Virus record (IMG/VR): IMGVR_UViG_3300014720_000002
Length of the DNA: 64,000 bases
From: a virus
Direction: 5' to 3' (one strand)
Shown: piece after piece, positions 10,003 to 18,912 of the stretch
Layout of the letters: each line of letters begins with the position of its first letter
Position numbering within the stretch: the first letter of the stretch is position 1
The notes under the pieces: model-generated
Seen by the model: only the letters and a program-made list of their open reading frames with translations
What the model was told of the DNA's origin: nothing
Databases searched by the model: none
Position numbers and translations under genes: made by a program

Positions 10003-10397
10003 GGCTGCTGTTCCTTGCCTGGCTGCGGGGTTACATCAAGGCAGACTACCAATACGGAGTCCGTTCACGGATCCGCGAGGAACTGGCCATGCGCGCCGTT
10101 TCCCGGGAACTGGAGGCCGGACACCTGGCCGAGATGGTCAGCCTGCGGCAGGCTACCTTGCCGCTGGTCAACCCGATGGCCCGGCAGAACGCCTACACGT
10201 CCACGGGGCGGATGCTGGAGCGGCTGCAGGCCATGCGCAAGATGATGCCCATCAACCGGGTGAAGGACATAGGGTCGGTGGAGGAGTCCATGCGGGAGAT
10301 CCGTCAGATGGGGGCAGCCCTTAAAGTTTTGCAGGCGTCCAACCTTTCTGCCAAGCTGGAGCAGATCGCCGAAGCCGGTCAAGAACAAGACCTGTGA
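9978..10397 (+). CDS. Tail assembly chaperone -1 frameshift extension (gpT-like)
   Basis: Open -1 frame overlapping the chaperone end (FLENPRLRLLFLAWLRGY...). It has no ATG near its 5' end and stops 3 nt before the tape measure ATG. Confidence 0.6.
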   Translation, partial: GFLENPRLRLLFLAWLRGYIKADYQYGVRSRIREELAMRAVSRELEAGHLAEMVSLRQATLPLVNPMARQNAYTSTGRMLERLQAMRKMMPINRVKDIGSVEESMREIRQMGAALKVLQASNLSAKLEQIAEAGQEQDL

Positions 10398-10400
10398 ACC

Positions 10401-13220
10401 ATGCTGCCGTTTGACGCACCAAATCCCTACGGCGGGTATTTCAACTTTGACCAGTTGTCCACGCTGGCCAACGGGCCGCAGAACTTTGGTCCGGGCATGG
10501 CGCCGGGGGTGATGGGCGCGATGGGGATGGGATCGGGCGGCTTCAATCCCACCCGGTCGGAGTTCATCCAGAACCAGGTCCAGCGCCGCTACAACGACGA
10601 GTTCATGTCCTACGTGCTGCGCTCGGATGAGCGGGCCGGCGTGTTCCGCTCCATGCTGATGAAGCAGATGACGGGCGGGGATCTCAAGAAGCAGGCCGAG
10701 ATCACCAAGCTGTTTGGCGGGCAGGACAAGTTTGCCGAGGTGTTCTCCTACGCGCTCAACCGGCCTGAGATCTCCTCGTTCGTGGGCGGCAGCATCAAAT
10801 CGCTGGGGGTGGGATCGCTGGCGGTGACCAGCAGCGGCATGGTGCTCAACAACCGAGGCTTCTCGGGTGAGGGGCTGATGCAGACCGCCGCCGCCCAGGG
10901 CGTGTTCCGCCATGTGCAGAGCCAGTTCTACCACCCGTCCGGCGGCGCCAATCTACGCATGACCCAGGGGATGAACATGGACCAGATCGGCGGCATCATG
11001 ACCCTGGCCAGCGAGCAGGGTGCGTTTGCCGGCCTGAACCTGGGCAAGTTCAAGAACGGCGCGCTGACCTTCAACAACGGCTCCCTGGACAAGATCACGG
11101 ACACGGTCAAGAACGCGGCCAAGGCCCTGGGCCAGATCATCGACGTGTATGGCGACGGCAGCGTGGCGGAACTCATGCAGAAGGCCAACCGCATCACCGG
11201 ACTCAACTTCTCCCGGCCGGAGCATGTGGACCTGATGCGCCAGCGGCTGCAGAACATGCGGACCTACTCCACCATGTCCGGGGTGAATCTGCAGACGGTG
11301 ATGGACATGGCGGCAACGGGGACGCAAAACCTGCAGGGATTGGGATTCTCGCCCATCGCGGCTGGTGGGCTGAGCGAGGCGGCCACCCGCAATGCCCTGC
11401 TCAACTTCAACAGCCAACGCGCCAACTCCGGCAACTACTACACGGTTGGACCTTCCCTCTCGCAGTTGAACTTCGCCGCCCAGCGCGACCTGGCCGGCAT
11501 GGCCCAGGACCCCGTGGGTGCCCGGCGCGCGGCGGTGGAGATGCTGATCCAGACCGGCACCATCAAGACCGCAGAGGCCGGAAAGATGCGTGAACTGGCG
11601 ATGGGCGTGACGCATGAGACGTATGGCCGGCTGGACTCTGAGATCGCCGGCCGTTACGGCATCGGGCTGGACAGTTACATCCAGCAGATGGGTGGGGTGA
11701 AGAACATGCTGGGTCAGTTGCAGCCGCACCGCATCGACGTGGTGAGCGAGGCCAACGGCGCCGAGATGCGCAAGCGCCAGCTTCGCCTGCTGCGCCAGCA
11801 GGCGGGTGATTTCATGGGCGGCCGGTTCGACTCCGATGAGATTGACGCCATGAGCCGGCTGACCGGCGAACTGGGCGGCGGCACCAGCAAGCGCCTGATG
11901 GAGGCGATGGACAAGGGCATGGATGAGAAGGGGTTGCAGACCATCATCGCGGAAGATCCGCTCGGCCGGACCAGGGTGAAGGACTACATGTCAGACGTGG
12001 CTCGGCTGCGTGGCCGCAAAGGCGACCTGGCCTCCACCGCCGCCAACCTGGCGACCATGGCCAAGACCAACCCGCTGACGTCCGGCTTTGCCTCAGAGTC
12101 CGATCACCGGACAGCCATCGCCAATCAGCGCCGCAATGCGGCCATTGCCGCCAATGATGTGGACCGCATCCGGTCGGGCAACTTCTTCTCCACCATGACC
12201 CAGGGCTTCCTGGAGAAGATGGACGCACGCGATCCGGCTTCGCTGTTCGCCATCGTGCATGCGGCCTACGGAGCCGATGCCATCGCCGGACTGAACGGTG
12301 GACTCAATTTGGATCCGGCTCAGCTTCGCAAACAGGATGGCGAGATCAACCGTGCCGCTGCGATCGAGATGGCGCGGAACATGACTGATCAGTTCCGCAA
12401 GGTGGACGCCAACTTCATGAGCCGGACGTTCCAGATGAACGGCTCGCATTTCGGCAAGGATGCAAATGGTGATATCATCGGGCCGAACCAGGCCGCGCTG
12501 GAAAAGTTTGTGGCGACCATGGAGCGGCCGGAACTGCGTGCGGCAGCGTTTGCCGACTTCCGTGAGTTTCGGATTGCCGGTCCAGATGGAACGATGTCCT
12601 CGGCGTTCATGAAGAACACCGACGCGGAATATGCCGCTGAATACGGCGGGCGTGGCGCGATGCTGGAGAAGATGGCGCAGGACATGATCTTCGGCACAGA
12701 CAGCGACGCTAACAAGAAGCAGCAGGGCGTGTTCCTGCACTCCATAGCCGTGAGCCTGAGGAAGCGCCAGGACCTGGCATCTTCGCTCGACGGCAGCGGT
12801 AACATCAGCACCCGGGTCGTCACGCCTGGGCTGCTGGGCGATGACCGCGCAAAGCAGATGGTCGGCCTGCTGGACGGATTCTTCTCTGACTACTCCAACC
12901 TGGAGATGCTTTCCAAAGACCAGATCTCTGGCCTTGCTGGAGCCAACCGTCAGTGGGGTAAGAGCATGATGATGGCGCTGGGCAGCCGGGTGCAGAATCT
13001 CCAGCAGTTGGACCGTGAGGGTAAGCTGGGTGGTCAGTCCGGCAAGTTGAAGGACGACCTGGAGAAGCTGCAGGCTTTGCGTCAGATGGGCATCCAGCCC
13101 GACGCAGGCCGGTCTTACAGCATTAACGGTGAGTTGAAACTGGAGCATGGTGCGCTGAAGCTCATGCACGCCCTGCTGAGTCTGCCAGATGACGCGCTGC
13201 CGGAGGCGGCCAAGAAATGA
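10401..13220 (+). CDS. Tape measure protein
   Basis: 939 aa, Ala/Gly/Met/Gln-rich and predicted helical, directly after the chaperone pair. Confidence 0.7.
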   Translation: MLPFDAPNPYGGYFNFDQLSTLANGPQNFGPGMAPGVMGAMGMGSGGFNPTRSEFIQNQVQRRYNDEFMSYVLRSDERAGVFRSMLMKQMTGGDLKKQAEITKLFGGQDKFAEVFSYALNRPEISSFVGGSIKSLGVGSLAVTSSGMVLNNRGFSGEGLMQTAAAQGVFRHVQSQFYHPSGGANLRMTQGMNMDQIGGIMTLASEQGAFAGLNLGKFKNGALTFNNGSLDKITDTVKNAAKALGQIIDVYGDGSVAELMQKANRITGLNFSRPEHVDLMRQRLQNMRTYSTMSGVNLQTVMDMAATGTQNLQGLGFSPIAAGGLSEAATRNALLNFNSQRANSGNYYTVGPSLSQLNFAAQRDLAGMAQDPVGARRAAVEMLIQTGTIKTAEAGKMRELAMGVTHETYGRLDSEIAGRYGIGLDSYIQQMGGVKNMLGQLQPHRIDVVSEANGAEMRKRQLRLLRQQAGDFMGGRFDSDEIDAMSRLTGELGGGTSKRLMEAMDKGMDEKGLQTIIAEDPLGRTRVKDYMSDVARLRGRKGDLASTAANLATMAKTNPLTSGFASESDHRTAIANQRRNAAIAANDVDRIRSGNFFSTMTQGFLEKMDARDPASLFAIVHAAYGADAIAGLNGGLNLDPAQLRKQDGEINRAAAIEMARNMTDQFRKVDANFMSRTFQMNGSHFGKDANGDIIGPNQAALEKFVATMERPELRAAAFADFREFRIAGPDGTMSSAFMKNTDAEYAAEYGGRGAMLEKMAQDMIFGTDSDANKKQQGVFLHSIAVSLRKRQDLASSLDGSGNISTRVVTPGLLGDDRAKQMVGLLDGFFSDYSNLEMLSKDQISGLAGANRQWGKSMMMALGSRVQNLQQLDREGKLGGQSGKLKDDLEKLQALRQMGIQPDAGRSYSINGELKLEHGALKLMHALLSLPDDALPEAAKK

Positions 13221-14881
13221 ACATGGAAACAGGCGACACAGAGATGCAAGTCAACGATCCGGTGCCTGTTGAGGCGCGGCAGGTGTCGCGCACGTATGAG
13301 GACCGGCTGGTGGATGCCTACCGTGAAGCCTACAACAACAACGACCCTGACAATCTGGATGCCGTCCATGCCGAGATCGAAGCGCTTGAGCGCAAGAAGG
13401 AGGAACGGGACAAGGCAAACACTGGTCCGCTGACACGTTCCGAGCGGCTGACTGCTTTGAAGAATGCCGCCGAGCAGACGGAAGACACGGAAGAACGGAC
13501 CAACCTGCAGAGCGAGGTGGCTGCCATGGAGGCGGAGAATCTGAAGCGCAACATGGTGCGCGGACCTCTGCCGCGTGAAGCACAACTGGCAGAACTGCGC
13601 AGTCGTGCCGCGGATACCACAGATTCCGAGGAGTTGGCTAACCTGCAAGGGCAGATTCAAGATCTGGAAAGTCAGCCTGCGAATGAGCAAAGCGGAGCCT
13701 CTGATCGTGGCGCCATCCACTGGATAGCGGCGCGTGGCACGTTCTACGCCGTAAGTCTGCTGGAAGATGTCGATGCGTCTGGCAATGCTCCTAACCGATG
13801 CTATGGCCTGTATCAGATGGAAGTGGATCAGGCCGCAGACGAAACGCCGCGGAACATCCGAGGATTCGACAATCTAACCATGACTGGAGCACGAGGCAAT
13901 CAGCCCATCCTGCTGACCTCGGTCACGCTCGGCCAGCGCGACATCGTCGGACAAGCTGCCTGTCTGGAGAACCAGAAGGTCTTCTACACTTTCGGCCAGA
14001 ACTTTGGGAACATCCAGATCACCGGAGAAATCCTGCTGGGCGCGCTGGCGGACGCCAAGGCCCAGGACGAAGGCATCCAGACGCTGCGCGAGTTCTTCGC
14101 CAACTACCGGGTGTCGGTGTTCAAGAAGCCCGTGGCTGTCACCATCTCCCGGAACGAGGCGGTGTTCGCCTACCTGGTTGGCTTGGACATCGGAAACCTG
14201 GACGCTGAGTTCAACATCCTGCCGTTCACGTTCCACGGTGTGCTGCTGGATTTGGCCAAGATCCCAGTTGGCTCTGTCAACCCGCAGGGGTCGGTAACGG
14301 TGGATGGGGTGCAGGCGCTGACGGAGAAGCTGCTGGATGAGCCGCAGGAGTTGAAGCGACTGCTGGCGCTGCGGGATCTGCCGGAGGCGGAGGTCGTGGT
14401 GGCGGCTCAGCGGAAGGCTGCTGATTCGGTCAAATCTGGCGATGTGGCGCAGGTAACTGAATCCACCCAGATAGACGACGTAGAGCGGTCGGAGACGCAG
14501 GCGGAATTAAACGCACGGCAGTATGCTGTGGCCGAAGACAACATGCCCAGATCGATATGGGCACGCATTGCTGAGAAGCAGTCTGCTGGAGATACGTTGA
14601 CTGAACCAGAGCAGGCGCTGCTCAAACATCAAAAGAACATGGTCCGGCTGAAAAACGGCGGACCTGTTCGAGATTCAGCCGGTCGCATACACACCACACG
14701 CAATTCATACTGGGAGGCCAACAGTGCTGAGATTACGGCAATAAGGAACCAGAGCGCGGATGCGGATCCGCTGGTATTCGCAGCCAATTACAGGGGCGAC
14801 AACTCGATCTACAAACGGGCCGAGAGACAGCGCGCCATAGAGGCAGCCAACGCTGTCCCCACAGCCCCAATCGCAAACTAA
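13217..14881 (+). CDS. Putative tube-initiator / baseplate protein with coiled-coil N-terminus
   Basis: 554 aa. Central beta-rich segment (ILLTSVTLGQ...FYTFGQNFGNIQITGEILLG) is tube-fold-like, and the gene follows the tape measure. Confidence 0.4.
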   Translation: MNMETGDTEMQVNDPVPVEARQVSRTYEDRLVDAYREAYNNNDPDNLDAVHAEIEALERKKEERDKANTGPLTRSERLTALKNAAEQTEDTEERTNLQSEVAAMEAENLKRNMVRGPLPREAQLAELRSRAADTTDSEELANLQGQIQDLESQPANEQSGASDRGAIHWIAARGTFYAVSLLEDVDASGNAPNRCYGLYQMEVDQAADETPRNIRGFDNLTMTGARGNQPILLTSVTLGQRDIVGQAACLENQKVFYTFGQNFGNIQITGEILLGALADAKAQDEGIQTLREFFANYRVSVFKKPVAVTISRNEAVFAYLVGLDIGNLDAEFNILPFTFHGVLLDLAKIPVGSVNPQGSVTVDGVQALTEKLLDEPQELKRLLALRDLPEAEVVVAAQRKAADSVKSGDVAQVTESTQIDDVERSETQAELNARQYAVAEDNMPRSIWARIAEKQSAGDTLTEPEQALLKHQKNMVRLKNGGPVRDSAGRIHTTRNSYWEANSAEITAIRNQSADADPLVFAANYRGDNSIYKRAERQRAIEAANAVPTAPIAN

Positions 14882-15534
14882 TGCACATCGGACGAAACAC
14901 CGCAGTCGTGCTCACCCAGCTTCCAAGCTGGGTTCCAGAGCACACCGCGCCCTACACCCAGCGCGCCATGGCGCGGTTGCTGTTGGGCTTCCCAGAATTG
15001 CGGCGCAGCTTGCGGGACACCGAGACTGCCTGGACAGCAGAGGATCTGCGACCTGCGCGTCCAGTCATCGCTGGCGGAGAATTCCTGCAGATGTCGGGAC
15101 GTTGTGGTCGGTTCACGGACAGACCTGCAACCGGCTTCCCGGTCGAACGCACCTTCCGGCTGCTTCGCCGAACCGACACTCTGCTGCGCTGTGAGGTTTT
15201 GGAGAGCGGCCGGGCCGAGCAGTTGGTCTGCGCGCCGTTCGAGCCACAGCCAGGACAGCACGGGCTGGATGTCCAGTGGTCAGCAACGCTGCCGTTCGAC
15301 GGGCCGCTGCGGCTGCATCAGACGTGGTTCGGCAACGCCATGGTGGAGATCAAGACCGAACCGACCCGCTATCCGTGGGCTGTTCTGGCCAGCCGGGCGG
15401 CTGGGTCGAACGACGCGCTCATGGTCCTGAGTCAGGCGGAGTTGATGGACGAGTTCACCAGCGCGCACGATCCCAAGGAGAAGTGTGCGCTCTTGCTGGT
15501 CGCCATTGCCAGACTACACCCGCTCTTCGCATGA
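14881..15534 (+). CDS. Hypothetical baseplate-module protein
   Basis: 217-aa ORF, TAATG-coupled to the previous stop. Confidence 0.55.
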   Translation: MHIGRNTAVVLTQLPSWVPEHTAPYTQRAMARLLLGFPELRRSLRDTETAWTAEDLRPARPVIAGGEFLQMSGRCGRFTDRPATGFPVERTFRLLRRTDTLLRCEVLESGRAEQLVCAPFEPQPGQHGLDVQWSATLPFDGPLRLHQTWFGNAMVEIKTEPTRYPWAVLASRAAGSNDALMVLSQAELMDEFTSAHDPKEKCALLLVAIARLHPLFA

Positions 15535-15803
15535 AAGCCTTCATCGCCGACATCCACACCGCGCCACGACCCAGCAAACCGCGCATGCTGCAGGTCACCA
15601 TCCAGGTCACTGGCCTGATCGATTACGCCATCATCGACTACGGGGATGGGACCGAAGAGCGCGCGGACATACCGCTGGACGAGCCCCATCCTCGGCTGCT
15701 GGCGGAGCACACCTACAATCCCGGCCGTCATCGCATGACCGTCAGCATCTGGCACAAGAACGTGCAGCAGGAGCGGCGGGTGGTGGCGGTGTCTGTCTCC
15801 TGA
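15531..15803 (+). CDS. Small PKD/Ig-like domain protein
   Basis: 90 aa from ATG 15531 (ATGA overlap). IDYGDG...HTYNPGRHRMTV matches the PKD-like WDFGDG...HTY...G.Y.V pattern. Confidence 0.5.
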   Translation: MKAFIADIHTAPRPSKPRMLQVTIQVTGLIDYAIIDYGDGTEERADIPLDEPHPRLLAEHTYNPGRHRMTVSIWHKNVQQERRVVAVSVS

Positions 15804-17356
15804 TGTCCACTTCGTTCCAGTCGGCGCGGACGCCCAGCGCGAAGGTGACCCTCGGCAGCCTGCAGCCGGCGGTGACCCGGGTGCAGGTGCGTCACGAGAT
15901 CAACGTCTTGCCGACCATCAGTCTGGACCTTCAAATCGTGGCTGGCCCGACTTCTGATGGCCGGACACCATCGGTGGACATCGACCTGCCCAAGTTCGGC
16001 CGCTACAACCGGGCGATGCAGGAGCGAATCCTCAACGAGTTCGGCACTGCACCTGATCTGCGGGTGGTGATGGATGACGGTGATGGTCACGCTCGCACCT
16101 TCACGGGCTTCTCTGGCAATCCCACGTTCGGACTCCAGAACGGCGGCATCGCGCTGGGGATCAATGGCGTGCACGAGATGATCGCGCTCACCGGCTTCAT
16201 CGGCGCCATCTACACCCGGCAGGTCGTGGCTGGCGACTACTATGCGGTCGTCGAGAAGGCCAAGGCCGACAACATCGGCCTGATGGTGCAGTCGATGCTG
16301 GCCGAACTGATGAAGCGCTACACGGGCGAAAACGGCGCGCGGACTGCAGATCGGGACACAGCGGTGGACATCCTGCCGGTGCACCGGCTCAACTCCAAGC
16401 TGCTGCCGTATGCGGAAAAGTATTTGGCTTACAGCCAGGTGGGAACTGTTTTCGCCGATCTCGACAAGCCGGAAACAGTCGCGCAAGCACAGCCAATAGT
16501 CGCCCGGCTGAAGCAGTTGCTGGTTGGCAGCCCCAATCTGCTCACGGCGTTCGACGCCATCCGTAACATGTTCGTGTTCCAGATGAATTCGTCCTGGGAC
16601 GGCAAGGCGTGGCTGGAGCAGACCAGGACTTTGGACAGCCCGACGGGAATGCTGATCAAGGTGCCGACGACTTCCGTGCGGTTCAACCTGGCCGGTTTGT
16701 TTCGCATCCCCATCGTGCAGGTGGTGGTGCAAGGGCCGGGTGTGCCGTTCTACGGCATCACCGGCGACAACGGCGTGGGTGGCGGTGACACCAACGCCAC
16801 GCTGGCCGAACTGTCGCTGGCCGGCGCCAACTCGCTGGGGATGCTTGGACGGTATCCGTCAACCGTGGCGAAGGATGCCACCGGTCGGTATGAATTCGTC
16901 AACGCGCCCGACTGGCTGCCAGCGGTTACGCCCCGCATCAAGGACCGCATCAGTTCCAACTATGCCGGCAAGTCGCGCGCCGAACGGGCGCTGGAGGATG
17001 TGAGCCGGTCGGTCAAGCTGACTAATGATCGTGGACAGGTGCGGCAGTCGTTTGTGGACTACCTGGCGGAGATGGAGTTTCGCAACCGCTATCTGGCTGA
17101 GGCCACGGCTGAACTTACGCTGCCGATGAACCTGCAGGTGCAGCCAGGCTACACCTATTACGTGGAGTCGATGGACGGGCACGAACTGTTCAGTGGCTAC
17201 CTGCAGGCGGCGGCGCACGACCTGATGGTGGCTCCGGACGGATCGGGCGGTGCGGCCACCACGCGGCTGGCCTTTTCGCATGTCCGCGCGCCGGGCGCCG
17301 TCATCACTGCGTTGCGAGAGCAGCTTGCCGGAGCGGACGTGCTGTCGGACCAGTAG
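15803..17356 (+). CDS. Putative baseplate hub protein (gp27/gp44-like)
   Basis: About 517 aa from ATG 15803 (TGATG overlap). C-terminal 'AELTLPMNLQVQPGYTYYV...FSGYLQAAAHDL' resembles hub C-termini. Confidence 0.5.
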   Translation: MSTSFQSARTPSAKVTLGSLQPAVTRVQVRHEINVLPTISLDLQIVAGPTSDGRTPSVDIDLPKFGRYNRAMQERILNEFGTAPDLRVVMDDGDGHARTFTGFSGNPTFGLQNGGIALGINGVHEMIALTGFIGAIYTRQVVAGDYYAVVEKAKADNIGLMVQSMLAELMKRYTGENGARTADRDTAVDILPVHRLNSKLLPYAEKYLAYSQVGTVFADLDKPETVAQAQPIVARLKQLLVGSPNLLTAFDAIRNMFVFQMNSSWDGKAWLEQTRTLDSPTGMLIKVPTTSVRFNLAGLFRIPIVQVVVQGPGVPFYGITGDNGVGGGDTNATLAELSLAGANSLGMLGRYPSTVAKDATGRYEFVNAPDWLPAVTPRIKDRISSNYAGKSRAERALEDVSRSVKLTNDRGQVRQSFVDYLAEMEFRNRYLAEATAELTLPMNLQVQPGYTYYVESMDGHELFSGYLQAAAHDLMVAPDGSGGAATTRLAFSHVRAPGAVITALREQLAGADVLSDQ

Positions 17357-17403
17357 ATGGCGATTCTTGAAAGCCTGGCTTAATTGTGCATCCTGTGTCT
17401 GCC

Positions 17404-18111
17404 ATGACCGACACCAATACCATTGATACGGCCTATCAGGCATGGCAGGCCGACCCGCGGCCGGAGACGCTCAACCAGGTGGTGACGCACCTCAAGCCCA
17501 CCATCGAATACGCGGTGGCATCGGTGGGAGCAGCCAAGAATCCGGTGGTCCAGGCCAAGGCCCGTCTGGTGGCGGCTGAGGCCGTGGAGAAATTTGATCC
17601 CACCAATGTCAGCAAGGCCAGCCTGCCCACGTTCGTGGCGTCGCAGCTTCGCCAGGTGAGCCGTCTCTCCCGGGAGAGTGCGTTTCCCATCAAGGTGCCG
17701 GAGCGAATGCAGATGGATCTCTACCGGGTCAGCCGGGAGCGGAGCCGGCTGACCGAGTCCATGGGTCGCGAGCCTGACATGCTGGAGTTGTCCGACGCCC
17801 TGCGCATGCCTATGAAGCGGCTGCAGAAGGTCTTCAAGGCGCAGGTGGCGATGCCGACGGAGAGCGCTTATGGAGAAGTGGAGCAGGAGGGACCAGACCA
17901 CGATCAGGAAGCGCTGGAGTATGTCATGCACGGCTCTGATCACACCGACCGCCGTGTGCTTGAGTTGAAGCTCGGGCTGGGCGACCAGCCGCCCATGCCG
18001 CCGCACCAGATCGCCAAGGTGCTCAATCTCACCCCCACGCAGCTTAGCCGGCGCTCCATGCGGCTGGCGGCGCGCATCAACAGTATCCGGGAGAGCCTGG
18101 GTCAGATCTGA
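17404..18111 (+). CDS. Phage-encoded sigma-70-family (FliA/WhiG-like) RNA polymerase sigma factor
   Basis: Region 2 (AEAVEKFDPTNVSKASLPTFVASQLRQVSR), region 3 (GREPDMLELSDALRMPMKRL) and region 4 HTH (DRRVLELKLGL...PHQIAKVLNLTPTQLSR). Confidence 0.8.
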   Translation: MTDTNTIDTAYQAWQADPRPETLNQVVTHLKPTIEYAVASVGAAKNPVVQAKARLVAAEAVEKFDPTNVSKASLPTFVASQLRQVSRLSRESAFPIKVPERMQMDLYRVSRERSRLTESMGREPDMLELSDALRMPMKRLQKVFKAQVAMPTESAYGEVEQEGPDHDQEALEYVMHGSDHTDRRVLELKLGLGDQPPMPPHQIAKVLNLTPTQLSRRSMRLAARINSIRESLGQI

Positions 18112-18542
18112 TGCCACTCGCACCCACATCCGGCTTGCGCGCCCTGCAGGCGCTGAAGTATGTCCGCGCCTGGGTCAACGCCAAGACACGACACCTCTTC
18201 GCGGCAGAGCGCATGGGCGGCGACCTGGCTGCGCTGCTGAAGGAGCAGGAGAAGCTGGCAGCGCAGGAGCAGTCCTCCCGTTTTCGACACGAGTTCGCCG
18301 AGACGTTCACGCTCCTCCGCGACACCCGGTATGCCCGGCTGAACCGTAGAGCGCTTTACGCACGGGGCATCCAGTCCAAGCTGGATGCCGAGAACGAGGC
18401 TTGGCTGAGGTTTGCCAGGGAGAATCGTGGCACTGGCCTGAAGGACCAGACGGCCGGCGATCCTGACTTGCTGGCGGAGAAGACTTTCGGCACACTGATG
18501 GAACGAAACACTCTGGATGCGCGGAACAGTGATCAAGTTTGA
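18111..18542 (+). CDS. Hypothetical protein
   Basis: 143-aa ORF, TGATG-coupled to the sigma gene. Confidence 0.55.
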   Translation: MPLAPTSGLRALQALKYVRAWVNAKTRHLFAAERMGGDLAALLKEQEKLAAQEQSSRFRHEFAETFTLLRDTRYARLNRRALYARGIQSKLDAENEAWLRFARENRGTGLKDQTAGDPDLLAEKTFGTLMERNTLDARNSDQV

Positions 18543-18912
18543 GGCGGCCGGACCACGGCTGGACTTCACGGATGTGCGGCGGGATTTCGCCTGCACCGTG
18601 CAGAACGCACTGACGCACGTCGGCACGGACTACGGGACGGACAGGGTGTATCCCGAGCGCGGCACCGACCTGCTCCGGCTGGCCACCTCCGGCACGCTGG
18701 TCAACCGGCTGTGGGCCGATCAACGGGCAGGGCTGGCGGCTCTTCGAGTGCTCGCCTTCACCCGGCAGACCGACAGTCCAGCCAACCAGGACCAGTTGCA
18801 GGAATTCAAACTTCGGGCCGTTCAGATGCGTGATGGGTTTGCCGAGTTCCTCGCGCAGGCCGTCAGCAGCCGGGGTGAACGGGCCGGCATGATGGCCGAC
18901 CTCAAGGCATGA
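18517..18912 (+). CDS. Baseplate wedge protein, gp25-like
   Basis: 131 aa; 'VQNALTHVGTDYGTDRVYPERGTDL' matches the gp25 T..GeR...P.fG pattern. Precedes the baseplate J-like gene. Confidence 0.6.
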   Translation: MRGTVIKFEAAGPRLDFTDVRRDFACTVQNALTHVGTDYGTDRVYPERGTDLLRLATSGTLVNRLWADQRAGLAALRVLAFTRQTDSPANQDQLQEFKLRAVQMRDGFAEFLAQAVSSRGERAGMMADLKA

